Assembly: GCA_951406725.2 (NCBI GenBank)
Contig: OX597828.1
Location: 73,408,001 to 73,472,000 of the forward strand
Direction: 5' to 3'
Source: Octopus vulgaris
Taxonomy: Eukaryota
DNA: 64,000 nucleotides
In this document: positions 43,182-57,767 of the stretch, one piece after another
How positions within the stretch are numbered: position 1 is the stretch's first letter
Layout: each line of letters opens with the position of its first letter
Made by a program: the position numbers and the translations under genes
The notes under the pieces: model-generated
Database searches by the model: none
The model's input: the letters and a program-made list of their open reading frames with translations, nothing else
What the model was told of the DNA's origin: nothing

Positions 43182-43317
43182 CTTACATATATACATTGGA
43201 AAAGTGGTAAAGGATGAGAAGAAATAGAGGGGGAAACGGCGACTTGATCGGATTTGAATAAATCTGCTAATTTCAGAAAATATTGACTCGAAGTCGTTAT
43301 AATGTTACAATATGACA

Positions 43318-43480
43318 CAGGCAGCAGAATCGTTACAGCTCCGGACCTAATGTTTAGTGGCATTTCGTCCGGAGATGATTTTACCATTCATTCTTTCGGT
43401 ATCATTAAAATATGTACTGTTTGAGTGCTGGCGTCCATGTAATCCAGTGAACCGACTTCCTCCGGAGTTGCTCGGTTTTT
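43318..43480 (+). mobile_element. SINE family B, degraded
   Basis: gcagaatcgtta..ccgga..aatg.ttag.ggcatttcgtcc...ttcattctttcgg. Confidence 0.55.
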
Positions 43481-43822
43481 GAAACCCACATAACGACATG
43501 ACTAGCTTTAACACTGTCGTTCATTCCTGCGATATCTGCAATGCATTTGTGTTGCGGGTGTATAAATGAGTGCGCACCAGAATCTAATAAACGAGGGAAG
43601 AATATATTGGCAAAGTCTCACAGAAACATTATGCTTGTGACAAGTTGAAGAAAAGGCATAAAAGGAATAATACAAAGCGGGGGAATATTATGGCGAAGGT
43701 TCTTTCGAAGTGGACTACAAGTATGACATACAGACAGACATACAAAAACGCGCACACATACACACACGAGCAAAAAATACGTATGTATAACAAACAGATA
43801 TATATGTCTACTACTCAATTAT

Positions 43823-44856
43823 GGTAGTTGTTGAATAACATTCTTAAGGCCGCAATTTACTCTCACGCAGCATCTTTCAGTGCTTGTCTCTAATTCAGTT
43901 CTTAACCAAATTGAAAACTGTAAACATTTCTGCTACATTTTAGCATAAAATAATTGAGATTTAGTCCAGCAGAAAAATGGTTTACATCAAAACTTTTAGC
44001 AACGTTATAGGAGAGTAATTAAAGCTTCCAATCAAGTTTAGATCTAAATAACTTTTTAATTTTAAAAGCAAAATATATTTATCTTAGCTTCAATGATAGA
44101 AGGAAACGTAAGGAATTTCACAGTCTTATTCCCATGCAACAAAAATTTGTATCAAAATCGTTGTGAGGTAGAATATCGTGAAAAAAATATAAGTAAGCCC
44201 AAAAATTTGATCTAAATATAATTAACTTTTTTACTTTGAAAACAAACTATATTTTGATTTATTTTACATGAAAGTTCTCAATTCGAGGAATATTATGGTA
44301 TCAATTTCATGCAATGAAGTTTTAAAACAAAAAAGTTATGAGTGTTTGTTTTTCAAATTTGAGGGTGATAGTATAGCTCTATACTTTTTTATGAATATAG
44401 TTCTACAAGGGGACTTTTGATATATGTCACCGGCATCATTGAGGTAAGGAAAAAAATTATCAACGACACCACTAGTTTGCAATTAGTTCAATTACATCAT
44501 GTTTATTCATTAATGCAATTATATCATCTAAGCAGTATCCCGTAATATCTGAGACGCGAAACAGATTCGTAGTAGTTGACATAGACAGGAATTTTTGTTT
44601 TTAAGGTATGTCAACTACGGTATTTAGGTATTCAACTACGGTAGTAATTGAATAATATTCTTAAGACCACAATTTACTCACACACAGCATCTTTCGGGGC
44701 TTTGTCGCCAGTTCAGTTCCTAACCAAATTGAAAACTGTTAACATCTTTGGAGACGAATGGTCTCTGTAAGTAATGTCTCCAGTCAAGTTTAGATCTAAA
44801 TAACTTCTTTATTTTAATAGCAAAATATATTTATCTTAGCTTAAATGACAGAAGAA
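43823..44856. repeat. Diverged direct duplication (43823-44103 vs 44640-44856)
   Basis: ttgaataa.attcttaag.cc.caatttactc.cac.cagcatctttc and tcaagtttagatctaaataactt...gcaaaatatatttatcttagctt each occur twice. Confidence 0.85.
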
Positions 44857-45129
44857 AGCATAAAGTCAAATGTTAAATTATTAATTAACGCATTATTAAC
44901 TAGCACAACAGCATAGCCTGGAAAAACATGGATTACATGGGAAAATATAAGCAAGAGAAATAATATTCTTAAAATTATTAACCTGGAAAACTAAAGGACA
45001 AGTTATAACACTTGGAAAATTTCAGGACAACTTATTACATCTGAAAATGTTTACTTAAAATATTGCAGCTAAGGATAAAATTTGAATATTAAAAATTATT
45101 TGATACAATTTACAAAGTAATATTATAGT

Positions 45130-45195
45130 TAAAAACCAAAATCGGTTGTCATGCGACAGTGGAGGGACAAACCCAGACACAAACACACAAATATG

Positions 45196-45238
<43 letters not shown>

Positions 45239-45401
45239 GGCAGGCTTCTTTCAGCTTCTGTTTACCAAATTCACTGACAAGTCTTGGGTCGGCCGGAGGC
45301 TGTATCAGGAAATCCTTGCCCAAGATACCACGCAGTAGAGCTGAACCCGTAACCATGTGGTTGGGAAGCAAGCTTCTTAACACACATCCACACATGCGCC
45401 T
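45130..45401 (-). mobile_element. SINE family A, diverged, 3'-truncated
   Basis: Homology to 23866-24170. Confidence 0.8.
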
Positions 45402-45413
45402 ATATATATAAAT

Positions 45414-45464
<51 letters not shown>

Positions 45465-45557
45465 CGAAACCACCATCGTAGGATTAAGTGTGCAACACCC
45501 TAACCATTAACGGATACGCCTACACACACATACATACACATATGTATACATACATGC

Positions 45558-45588
<31 letters not shown>

Positions 45589-45598
45589 CATACATACA

Positions 45599-45629
<31 letters not shown>

Positions 45630-46499
45630 GCATTATGACAGAGATAAAATGGCTGTGAATATATGAATCGGCAATTTGTATTCCAATCTGCGTTATCATT
45701 TAGTTTAGCAACTTCTTTTAAGCATGAAAAACGAAGATTCTCTATTAAGTCAATTCAGATTTTCTTTTCTCTAAACTGAATACAGATAATTTTTAATATG
45801 TTCTAGCGTTGTAGGATTATGGGTATTACCTTGAGCTAAGATTAATCTAGAGCTATGCGGTACGCGCAGCACTTCAACAGTTTCAACACAGAAAGTGCAC
45901 ACGCACACAATCATATATATACATATATATATATATATATGCACACACATTCGTATGTATTTATGTGTATGGGCATGTACACACGATGGTACAGAATTAC
46001 ATATTTATGGACACTGATATCTCGCCAAGGACGAATGGAAAACTGTAGATGCAATTGCACTTAAAAGAACGAAAGTTTTTATAAGCTCTGCAAATACATT
46101 GGGCTAATTGCTAGGAAAGTACAAAGTACTTTGAAACATAAAGTTCAGAGCATTTATTGAATTAAACGCGTTAATATACTTACATATGGGTAAAAACAAT
46201 ATTATTACCTCGCTTGCTTGAGTCTTTCGTCCTTGTAATAAAGAAGCCATACCATGTGATGTGGTGCGGTGGCCTGTGCATTGGAGAATAAGAAAACATA
46301 TCTAAGCTATAATAAACAAGACCAATGGCTGGTTTACAACAATGGATTCTTAGAATATTGGTGGAACCAAATCTAAAGCCCCCACTCCGAAATTTTAATT
46401 TAAAGTAACACTTGTGGTATATTTTATAAAAAAGCTTAAAGCAGAAGTTAAACATGACATTTTATGGAAATCAACAATCTAGTTTATGTTTAGAAATAT

Positions 46500-47270
46500 A
46501 TCATTTCATTTCTACTCTAGACACAAGGACTAAATCTACGAAAGTTGGTGAGTATCTAAGTAATGATACTGCACAGGTATTTACAGCCTTCACTAGATTC
46601 GAACCATTTAGCTTTGACTTCATTAGCTTCCTCACTCTTCTCATGTACTCCTTCTCGATTTCCGTTTTCCTTTCTATAGTTAGTAATCTGTCGGATTCTA
46701 ATACTCCTAGATACTTATAACTCTCTCCTCCTTTCAAAGGTTTCTGGCCATCTGGTAATTGGATCCCTTCGCTCTTGACTACCTGTCCCTTTCTCATGAC
46801 TAATATTGCACACTTATTCCATGCCTATATCTTTGTTGTAGAGTCTTACAGTCTATATCAAGGAATCTATCTTTTTATCATTCTTACTAAAAAGGTTCAG
46901 ATCATCCATGTAGAGCAAATGGTTAATTTTTTTCCATTTCTATTTCTGATCTGACATCCTGCCTTTGCCTTCCTCAATACAACGTTGAACGGGAATCAAA
47001 CATAACACAAATAAACTTGGGGAGGGGGCCAGTTGATTCGATCGACCCTAGTACGCAATTGGTACTTAATTTATCGACCTCGAGAGGATGAAACGCAAAG
47101 TCGACCTCGACGGAATTGGAGCTCAGAACGTAAAGACAGACGAAAAGCTGTTAAGCATTCTGCCCCGCATGGTAACATTTCTGCCAGCCCGCCGCCTTAC
47201 ATAAAATAAATATTAAATGTGTCAACGAGTCGTCCTGCAAAATATCTTTTTTAAAATTAACTTTCCCTGT
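46500..47270 (-). mobile_element. Second, older R4/Dong-like LINE RT fragment split by a SINE
   Basis: GKVNFKKDILQDDSL, NHLLYMDDLNLFSK, ESYKYLGVLE, EYMRRVRKLMKSKLNGSNLVKAVNTCAV; colinear with the 113-856 protein. Confidence 0.8.
47022..47200 (-). mobile_element. SINE family B nested in the R4/Dong fragment
   Basis: ggtacttaatttatcgacctcgagaggatgaaacgcaaagtcgacc. Confidence 0.82.
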
Positions 47271-47435
47271 TATTATTATTAATATTTTGGTTTGATTCGG
47301 GTTCGGTCTTATTTCTGGTAAGAACTATGAGCTGAGTGGCTTACTACCTGTAACCTTATGTATCCACAGGTTTTCAGCAGTCTTTCCAGTTCTTAGAGCT
47401 CACCTGATATTATTATTATAATTGTTATTATTTTT

Positions 47436-47987
47436 GAGTGAGAGAGCTGTACATACCATCAAAGTGACACTGGGGAAAAATATACGAAACCCAATATACC
47501 CATCATGACTACCCCTCTGATAAGGGTACACCAGGCAAACCCATCACAAATATATGTGTGCGACGAAGTCATCTCATAACATAATGAACAGCGCATGACC
47601 TTGCAGTTGGGGCCCAGCTAGAATTTCCTTAAGGTCGAAGAGCCCCGCCAGATAAAAGGTCCCTGAACAAGGGTGGTTTAAGAATGATGAAAAAAACAAC
47701 AATTTTTCCAAAGGTGAATTATCCAAACCCCAAAGAATTTCTCCCAATACGTGGCTATGATGCTCCCACACTAGTTCTGCTGGTGATCAGAGATGCACAT
47801 ATCGTCAGCCACTAAGGGACATGCTCAACTGGTTAAGGTCAAACAACTGACAAGTCTGTAGTATTGAGCAGAATATTTGCTGTAGCCCATCTTTTACACC
47901 AAAACAAAACAACGTACATGATAACACCTCCAATCAGTTAAGATCAGAAGCCATGAGAGCTACTGTCTGTTACTACATCAGGGTATT
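47436..47987 (-). mobile_element. Second full-length copy of the (TAA)n-associated non-coding element
   Basis: Reverse complement of 41499-42054; flanked by (TTA)n and (ATC)n(ATT)n. Confidence 0.9.
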
Positions 47988-48013
47988 TATCATCATCATC
48001 ATCATCATCATCA

Positions 48014-48063
<50 letters not shown>

Positions 48064-48157
48064 GAATGATGATTACCGCAATGCATGGTGTGCCTCTCAT
48101 AATTACAAAAGCGACGACGTCGCGTAAAGTCATTTTTGTAAGAAGGACCACATATAG

Positions 48158-48217
<60 letters not shown>

Positions 48218-48299
48218 ATATAGATACATATATATATATGAGTGTGTGTGTATGTATAAATCTATGTATATATATATATATATATCTGTGTGTATATAT

Positions 48300-48378
<79 letters not shown>

Positions 48379-48444
48379 ATGGGAGTTAATGTCTGTATTT
48401 TTGCAAAGATACATATATGTATATATATATATATATATATATAC

Positions 48445-48537
<93 letters not shown>

Positions 48538-48719
48538 CTTATAATTTGTTATATTCTCCTTCTTGAGTAGACAATTTTCTTACAGACAATTTTCTTGATA
48601 TTACCAAGCAAAATTTCTTTGAAATTCTATTATTTTCGCCACCACCAACGATACACACGCAAAAAAATATATATAACATTAAGCAAAAACAAACAATCTA
48701 AAGTAGATAAATAAATGCG

Positions 48720-49170
<451 letters not shown>

Positions 49171-49408
49171 TTTGGAAGAACAAAATAAAAGACTTTCTTT
49201 GTTGGGAAATTTTGTGAAGTATCTCAGTAAAGTTATACAATAATAAAAGCATAAAATATTCTGTTTCCATTAATCCGGAATATTGGTCTCTCTCGTCGGA
49301 ATAACGGCAAAAGATATTGAATACAGCTTATTTATGCTTTAATATATTCATTCTGATAAAGAAACACTATATACACTCATACATATACCAAAACGCACAC
49401 ACACACAC

Positions 49409-49452
<44 letters not shown>

Positions 49453-49520
49453 GTATATATGTATGTATGTATATGTATATATATATATATTACGTATGTG
49501 TGTATAGATATGTATATTAC

Positions 49521-49571
<51 letters not shown>

Positions 49572-49661
49572 TGTATATATATGTACATATACGTATGTAT
49601 ATATGCATATATATGTGATTGATATTATTATATGTATATAACTTAGGAAAATTAATACATA

Positions 49662-49718
<57 letters not shown>

Positions 49719-50536
49719 TTAACGTCCATATATGTGTTTGCATGGATGCCTAGGTATGTACATATATACATATATACGTATGAGTCTGTGTGTACAATAA
49801 TTTACATACACCGTATCTGCATTTGCAATCGCTTTGACGTTATTTATCATGTTTCTCTAAGAAGTCTTCCTGAATATCAGAATCATATTTTGTATATATT
49901 TACCGTATGCATCACCACTATTCAGCAGCAAGGTCCACACGGCTTTGCTTCATATTTCATTCCAAAACATATTTATTTTGTATATCAAAAATATTTCAAA
50001 TATACATAAAATATTATTCTATACAAAGACACGTCATGAAATCATTTACAGATTTTCCCTCTAGGCTGTCGACGTTCTGTTGTTTGTTGCAGGCCATGTC
50101 TAACGTACAGGTGAACTTTAATTACATTTATCGTTAATTTCCCTCATTCATCATATTCACCTGTCACACAAATACTTATACTTTTCCTCTGCACCTCTAT
50201 TACCGTTCCTTTATTACTGGACATGAAAAGTAATGAACGCATTTGTTTTAGCTAAGAGGGCGTAATATGACAGAATGATATTTAGGTTTATAACCAGAAT
50301 ATCAAAGATCCGGATAAATTAAATTAATATCAGTTCTGGAGATAATAGTTTTATTTCCTCGCTCTACATTTTGTGTAGGTCAAATTTTTGTTATTTGAAA
50401 TGTTGGAATTGTCACCCTTTGCCTTGATAATCATTAATTAACATTAGTTGTTCAGTTTATACTTCAATATCCAGCGAGTAAAGAAAATTTATATTAATCA
50501 TAATTATTTTGTCTACAATATAAAATCTATCACTAG

Positions 50537-50892
50537 AGCGGTGAGCTGGCAGAAACGTTAGCACGCCGGGCGAATTGTTTAGTGGTATTTCTTAACGTTC
50601 TGAGTTCAAACTCCGCCGAGGTTGACTTTGCCTTTCATCCTTTCGGGGTCGATTAAATAAGTACGAGTTACGCACTGGGGTCGATATAATCGACTTAATC
50701 CGTGTGTTTGTCCTCTCTGTGTTTAGCCCCTTGTGGGTAGTAAAGAAATAGGTATTTCGCCTGTCTTAACGTTCTGAGTTGAAATTTTGCTGAGGTCGAC
50801 TCTGCCTTTCATCCTTTCGGATTCGATAAATTAAATACCAGTCAAGTAGCCCTCTCCCAAAATTTCAGGCTTTGTGCCTAGAATAGAAAAAA
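50537..50892 (+). mobile_element. SINE family B dimer: unit with Tx1-like tail (50537-50750) plus headless second unit
   Basis: gttctgagtt.aaa...gaggt.gact.tgcctttcatcctttcgg occurs twice; first unit ends gtttagccccttgtgggtagtaaagaaata. Confidence 0.85.
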
Positions 50893-50964
50893 ATATAAAA
50901 TATAACTGAAGTATTCGCTGAACAAAACTTTCATCAGAATCATTTTAGCCATGCCCAGTTGTCT

Positions 50965-51068
50965 ATTTATGGCTCAATAAACACTCACAATGCCCGGACT
51001 AAGAATCGAAACCGCACTCTTACGGCCGCGAGTCCGCTGCCCTAAATACTGGGCCATTGCGCCTACAC
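50965..51068 (-). mobile_element. SINE family C head (tRNA-Arg-like)
   Basis: Homologous to 62034-62131. Confidence 0.78.
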
Positions 51069-51557
51069 TGTTGTTGTGGTTGGAAATGTTTTTATTTCAT
51101 CTTACCTCCGATTTAATTGACAGAAACAGTTTAGCCCATCTTCCTCTTCTCATTCTAAATTTTTCCGGGGATATTTCTTCCACGTTTAAACCTTCAAGAT
51201 TATCTTTATATATAGTTCTTTCTCCAGTTCTTTACGCTCTGAGTTCTAATTCTTTCTAGATAAATTTTAGTCTCCAACCCCCAGGAGTAAATAAATTAAA
51301 ATACCAGTCAACTACTGGGGCTGATATAGTGGGAGACCGACCTCTCGATTTTGATCCTTTGTACTATAAGTAAAATTTGGTTCATTACTACTTAATGATC
51401 GTCGCTAAAAATCAGTCAGTTAATTAAATAATCTATCCTTAATAAAGAGAAATGGAAGTCAGACTCTATAGAAAGTGAAACTAAATCGACTTTAAGCTTT
51501 AATCCCCTTTGTATATTATTTATGATCTTGGCCGAAATCCTACTGAGAACTATCTAG

Positions 51558-51634
51558 GTTTACATCGCACCGGAAGTCTACAAAGAAGGACCAGTCACGT
51601 GCAGGACTTGGCTGCGCTTGATTTGATCGACTAA
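51558..51634 (+). CDS. Candidate terminal coding exon (G)LHRTGSLQRRTSHVQDLAALDLID*
   Basis: GC-rich island; phase-1 frame after ctatctag; protein-like with RxxS/RRxS motifs; acceptor weak; no homology recognised. Confidence 0.35.
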
Positions 51635-51834
51635 ACCAACACTTGAAAATGCGTGTTTGGGCCTCAGAATTAAAAAAAAAATCGATGCACGTCTATGCTG
51701 CTGATTATTGTCCCCGTCAAATCATGCCTGGAGAATATATTTCATGAAATTCTTTCCATCCGTGACTGGACCAACATTTTTCATTCTGATATAAGATTAC
51801 ATTGTCCTATGTACATACATATGTGTATGTGTGC

Positions 51835-51899
<65 letters not shown>

Positions 51900-51916
51900 T
51901 GTGTGTGCGTGTATTA

Positions 51917-52105
51917 GGTGGTGAGCTGACATACCGAAAGAAATGGTTCGCAGCATTTCGTCCGTCTTTACGTTCCGTGTTCAAATTTCGCCCAGATTAA
52001 CATTGACTTTCGTCTTGTCGGGGTCGATAAGATAAATATTGAGATCGATGTCATCGGCACACCCATCCCCAGAATCTGCTGGTCTTTTGCCAGATTTACA
52101 AATAT
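51917..52105 (+). mobile_element. SINE family B, diverged
   Basis: ggtggtgagctgaca...gttcaaattt...ggggtcgataa. Confidence 0.7.
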
Positions 52106-52108
52106 GTG

Positions 52109-52149
<41 letters not shown>

Positions 52150-52174
52150 ATATATAATGTATACAAATATTTAA

Positions 52175-52218
<44 letters not shown>

Positions 52219-54914
52219 TATATATTTATACATATATACATATGTATGTATATATACATATATATACACACACATATACATCTATGTACATGTATGTATT
52301 TTGTGTGTGGATGAATGGACATTCATGTGTGTGTATATATATATATAGATATATATATATATATATATACATATATATATGTATATATATATATGTCTTT
52401 CTAACTATCTATATGTCTATACATATATATGTGTGAGTGTGTGCGTGTGTGTACGCACCCACCACACCACACACACACACGCACATACACGCACAAGCAA
52501 CTGCACATGTGCTCCCAATTCGACCAACTTATTCTTTTTCATATTACGTATTCGCAATACGATTTTACTTCTTTTAAACTTTTTTCACCAAATAAATGTT
52601 TCTCCTTTCAGTATTTTTACCCTTGAACTAACCAGTTCATTTATTTCCTGTCCTCGTTTAAGACTTCTTCCACCCCTAAATGTCCCTGCTTCATATTATA
52701 TAAATTATTTGTCTAAGAGTTGTTATTTCCTTTGAGTATTATAGTCATATTCGTTCTATATCAAATCTAAGACACTACACCCCAATACAGATAAATAATT
52801 TCTTTATTTCTTTTTTTTATTACAAACCTTGATTCGATTCGTCAAATGTTCCGTTTATTACAATAATCCACTGCAATATAATCAGATATTCGATGTGTGG
52901 CTGTCTGTTATTTCTATTTTATTTTATTCTTGGTATTCAGACTAGTATTAAAACAGAGTTTGAATGGACGACATTGCTGTTTCACACCCGTGAAAATGTA
53001 ATACCTATTTATTGTTTCCTCCCTCCCAGGGCTTACTTTAAGTCCCTCCAAATCCTTCTATGATTAACTTGACTTTTTCTTCCCCTGGGTTAGTGAAATA
53101 AGTAACGGAAATATATTTCGAATCATTCTATAGAATATATTTCCATTTCTGTTTCCTTCAGAAATTCGTCTCAATATTATGTGACAGTAACCAACGTTAT
53201 TCTAACTTGTCTATAATATTCTTTATTAAATGTTTGTTATATTTCTCCATTGACCAGAAGCCTATAGCACGAGATGGATGGACACGGTCCGTTACATCGA
53301 CTCTAGTATATATTGTTATTGCATTTATCGACCTTGGAGAATGGAAATATCAAATTCGATATGGCGTGTTTTGAACTCAAACTCTCATAATCACCATCGT
53401 CATCATCCTTCAACGTGTTTGACCAAGTAATACCAATGAGTCGCGATACTCGGTACTGGTTGTACTGTTCCTCCTTTCGATCGCTGAATTCATAATGTGG
53501 CTCACGACACCTCCGGGGGCGGGTGATTTTCTTGAATCCCCACCTCATCTTTGTACGCCACAATGTCCGTTGTACGCCACAGTCTCTACCAGAATGATAC
53601 CCCAGTTACAGCTGCGTGAACGGGAGCAATTTGAAATGAAGTGTATTGCTCGAGAACGCAACACATATCCGGTTTGAGAATTCAAATTATGATCTTGCGA
53701 TCGTGAGAGCAACAACTAACGACTAAACTTGGCGTCTTCCCACATTATTAGACAGCCGTTCACAATTTTGCGGTCTTCCGCCCTGCGACAAGTTCTGTTT
53801 TACGTCCTGCAGATCCTCCAATAGATCACGCTCCTTACTAAGCAAGCTTGGTGGCGTTAGAGGCTTAATAGCTGATAATCAGACAATGCAACCGTTTGTA
53901 CTAGGTTACATATTACCAGTAAGCATTCGAGAAAGACCTGACACAAAATGGATGAAACTACACATTTCGTAGCTTTTATTTAGTCTTAACTTTGATTTCA
54001 TTATATTTTTCATGCTTACTCGGCAGAGCGTATTTCTGGACTCTTGAACTCCGAACGGTTTCCCAGTCTGACAGGCTTAAAGTGGTTAAGACCTAGTTAC
54101 AACATTTGAGAATCTATATTTGCAGTAAATCTGAAGGAAAAAGTAAAATTCCAGATGTTTAACGGACCGGGTTGGAAGGAGTGTTCAGATAAGTCCAGTG
54201 CAGAAACAAGGCATTGACAGAATATAGGCAACGCAAGGAAGTCAAACACAATTTTAAAGAGTAGCGTATATAGAGATATCATTCAATAAGCAACTTCTGT
54301 GGAAAAAGTGTAATAACGATAAAATGGTAGGATCCGTGTTTTAGAGCTCGAAGTTTGTTGATGATTCCTTGGAAACTGGTTGGATTTCTTTTCAGATGCG
54401 GTATTGAATGTTGGTGTATATGGAAGCAGCATGGCCCCAGGTTTTGGGAGAGTGGCTGTGTGGTAAGTAGCTTGCTTACCAGCCACATGGTTACGGGTTC
54501 ATTGTTATTGTTGCTGTAGTTGCTGCAGCTGCTGCTGCACTCTGCCGGATTTTGTGTCCTGTATGGAAAGACAGTTTGTTGACAGTGCAGTCATGGGTAA
54601 CAAGCTGTGAATATATCTTTAATACTAGTCAATCATTAATCACATTAACCTCAACAGTCAAGGAGAAATCTAAAGTTCATCAGTACTACTACGTCTTCCA
54701 AATAAACCAATTTTATGCCTTAAATATCGATTAAAAGGGTTTTAGTGACATTTTAAAAGTGTTTTCTGTTGATGTCCTTTTGTGTTTGGAAGTGTGTTGC
54801 AATTTTTCCTATATTTTAAGGGCCTGGTGAGCCTCCGAAACAAAGTGGCACAAGTCTAGAATTGTGAATTTTGAACTTTTTCTTTTATAATAAGATATCT
54901 GAAATATAATTTAA

Positions 54915-55062
54915 GTTTCCGTCTACCAAATCCACTCACAAGGCTTTGGTCGGCCTGAGGCTAGAGTAGAAGACACTTGCCCAAGATGCCACGCAGTGGG
55001 ACTGAACCCGGAACCATGTGGTTGGTAAGCAAGCTACTTACCACACAGCCACTCCTGCGCCT
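54915..55062 (-). mobile_element. SINE family A, 5' half
   Basis: Near identical to the reverse complement of 23866-24015. Confidence 0.88.
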
Positions 55063-55109
55063 ATAAAACGGATTACGCCCGCAGAGGGACTCGAACCCGC
55101 GACCCATTT

Positions 55110-55172
<63 letters not shown>

Positions 55173-55421
55173 AACATGGATATTTGCCATGGTGTGGCTC
55201 CGCATCGGCATATTTTTCATAGATTAATTGAGTTGCTGTCGAGATATTCGTTGTTATGTGCATCTTTAGGTCTTGTTAAACCCAGCTAACTCCAGATATC
55301 GAAACAAAGAATTTCTTCCAGGAGCAGCGAAATAAGGAGTCAGAAGAAAGACGAGAGAGAATAGGATACAAAGATAGATAGATAGATAGATAGATAGACA
55401 GATTGATAGATAGAGAGATAG

Positions 55422-55462
<41 letters not shown>

Positions 55463-56089
55463 AATAGTTACATACATGCATACATACATACATACATACA
55501 TACATACATACGTACATACATATATACATACAAACACACATACATAGACAGACAGATTGATTGATACATATATTGGATATATATTAGATAGAGACCAAGA
55601 AAGTAAATAAGCGAAATGAAAGGAATGAGTCGGACCTAGTATAGGATTGTAGTTTATGAATCTGTCTTGAAATACCGGAACGAACATTTGACGTTGGCAG
55701 TATTAGAACTTCAGTATTTAAAGTACAGAGAGCTGAACTGCATGGTACAAGAATTCGTTCTGGCCCTTTGCGCATTTTATCCAACCTTGAAACGATTCCA
55801 ACTAATTCTCTCCATGGTATGTGTAGATACATACATATATACATCTACGTACACACACATACACATAGATACACACACGCGCGCACACATACACATACAC
55901 TCACACACACATATATTTATATGCATACACATATGCATACGTCTGTGTACCACTCTATTACTATCGTAACCTATACATTCACACACACACACATATATGC
56001 AAATGTCTGAATATATATATATATATATACATACATATCAATAAATCTATATTTGTATCAACTATACATTCATAAGCTTAAATGCATGC

Positions 56090-56136
<47 letters not shown>

Positions 56137-56180
56137 TATATGTATATATATTTATATATATATACATATATATATATATT

Positions 56181-56240
<60 letters not shown>

Positions 56241-56717
56241 ATATGTTCCCACATACACGTGCACGGTTTCCTACCTATACCTACAACACGAAATATTAAT
56301 AAAATTTCTCTGTCAATATTTCCAGGGCTTTTAATATATCTTTACTTAAGTGATTATTAATTCAATAAAGATCTCGTTATTGTCCACTTAAACCGGAAAC
56401 CTTGCACCGCCATTTTTTTGGTCGTATTTCTTCCTGTAGATCCATTGTGCATGAAGTAATCAAGCAGAGTGGATGAAACCCGTAATTAAATGATAAACAT
56501 TTGAATGCCTTCCATTTAGCATCGTCTATTTTGTTCTTTCGCCTCACAAACCCTAAACCATTTTCGCCAACTCATAGATCTTCATATATTCGCGTTTATA
56601 ATCTATCGGCCATCACTAATTTTCTACTCCTACGCGTCTTCACTCTCCTCAATTCTCCGCATCATACGCTTCCATTTCTTATTCTTATTCATGCAACACT
56701 ACCTCTCTCGTTACCTT

Positions 56718-56804
<87 letters not shown>

Positions 56805-57144
56805 GCTCTCTTTCTTTGCTCAGGTCTGTTTTAGTTTAGCTTTACTTTCGAAATTGCAGAATAATTTCGTTGCATTTTCTTGTGTCTGTTACAATAAAAA
56901 CTATATATGTACATTTAATCTGGCAAAAACCACTCACAGACACAAAAAGACATACCGGCACTCACATAAACACACACACGCATGATGTGTGGGTGTGTGT
57001 GCGTGTGTGCGTATGTGAGTGTGTGTGTGTATAAGTGTGTGCGTGTTCACGTGTTTGAGTAGACACATCAACACGTACTCCCACTATATATTTATTTATT
57101 CATTAATTATTTATCTATCTGGCTAACCATCTATCTGTGTGTGA

Positions 57145-57182
<38 letters not shown>

Positions 57183-57404
57183 CTTTAGTGCATATAAGTA
57201 ATCTCTATCATTATATATAATTTAAACATTAATTTCCTTTATGTTTAACATTCACTATTAATATCCTACGCTTTCTATAAGTTACTTCCGACGTTATGTC
57301 ATATAACGTTTTTTCAAACAATGTTAATAGCGTTCAGTAAATCACTGTACATATCCATCATTTTTTTTGCTAAAATGTCTTATTAACGAGTTTCGTTTAT
57401 TCAC

Positions 57405-57487
57405 TTTCCTGAAGAGAAGATTACATTGCTTTATACCATTTATTCTTTTGAATAATATCATTGAAATCTTCGAAACATATGTCGAAA
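57405..57487 (+). ncRNA. Canonical type I hammerhead ribozyme in a PLE-type tail
   Basis: tttc-CTGAAGA(57409)-gaagatt..aatcttc-GAAAC ATAT GTC(57472-57483)-gaaa; AATAAA and (TA)n follow. Confidence 0.85.
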
Positions 57488-57521
57488 TAAAAGTATTTGA
57501 TTTATACCTGCGTTAAACTCC

Positions 57522-57572
<51 letters not shown>

Positions 57573-57676
57573 GGAGTAAACACATAAATGTGAAACAAGG
57601 TGGTAAAAAAAGAGTACTCAAATACCAGTGGTAGAGTAATATGCTTTATTTAAAGCAGCAGAAAATTCAGCAATAT

Positions 57677-57714
57677 CTGTTACTCTGAGTTTCTCGTTGC
57701 CATTCATCAGACAG
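57677..57714 (-). ncRNA. Hammerhead ribozyme motif, minus arm
   Basis: Reverse complement reads ctgt-CTGATGA-atg gcaa cga-GAAAC tcaga GTA-acag. Confidence 0.7.
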
Positions 57715-57729
57715 TTTTTGCTAGAAAAA

Positions 57730-57767
57730 CTGTCTGATGAACGGCAACGAGAAACTCAGAGTAACAG
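57730..57767 (+). ncRNA. Hammerhead ribozyme motif, plus arm
   Basis: ctgt-CTGATGA(57734)-acg gcaa cga-GAAAC tcaga GTA-acag. Confidence 0.75.

Noticed and set aside
50064-50110. Cys-rich micro-exon candidate GCRRSVVCCRPCLTYR
   Set aside because: Acceptor plausible but donor (gtgaac) weak; not distinguishable from chance
55065-55110. tRNA-like T-arm on the minus strand (gtcgcgggttcgagtccc)
   Set aside because: Only a 3' fragment with no D or anticodon arm; likely SINE or pseudogene debris
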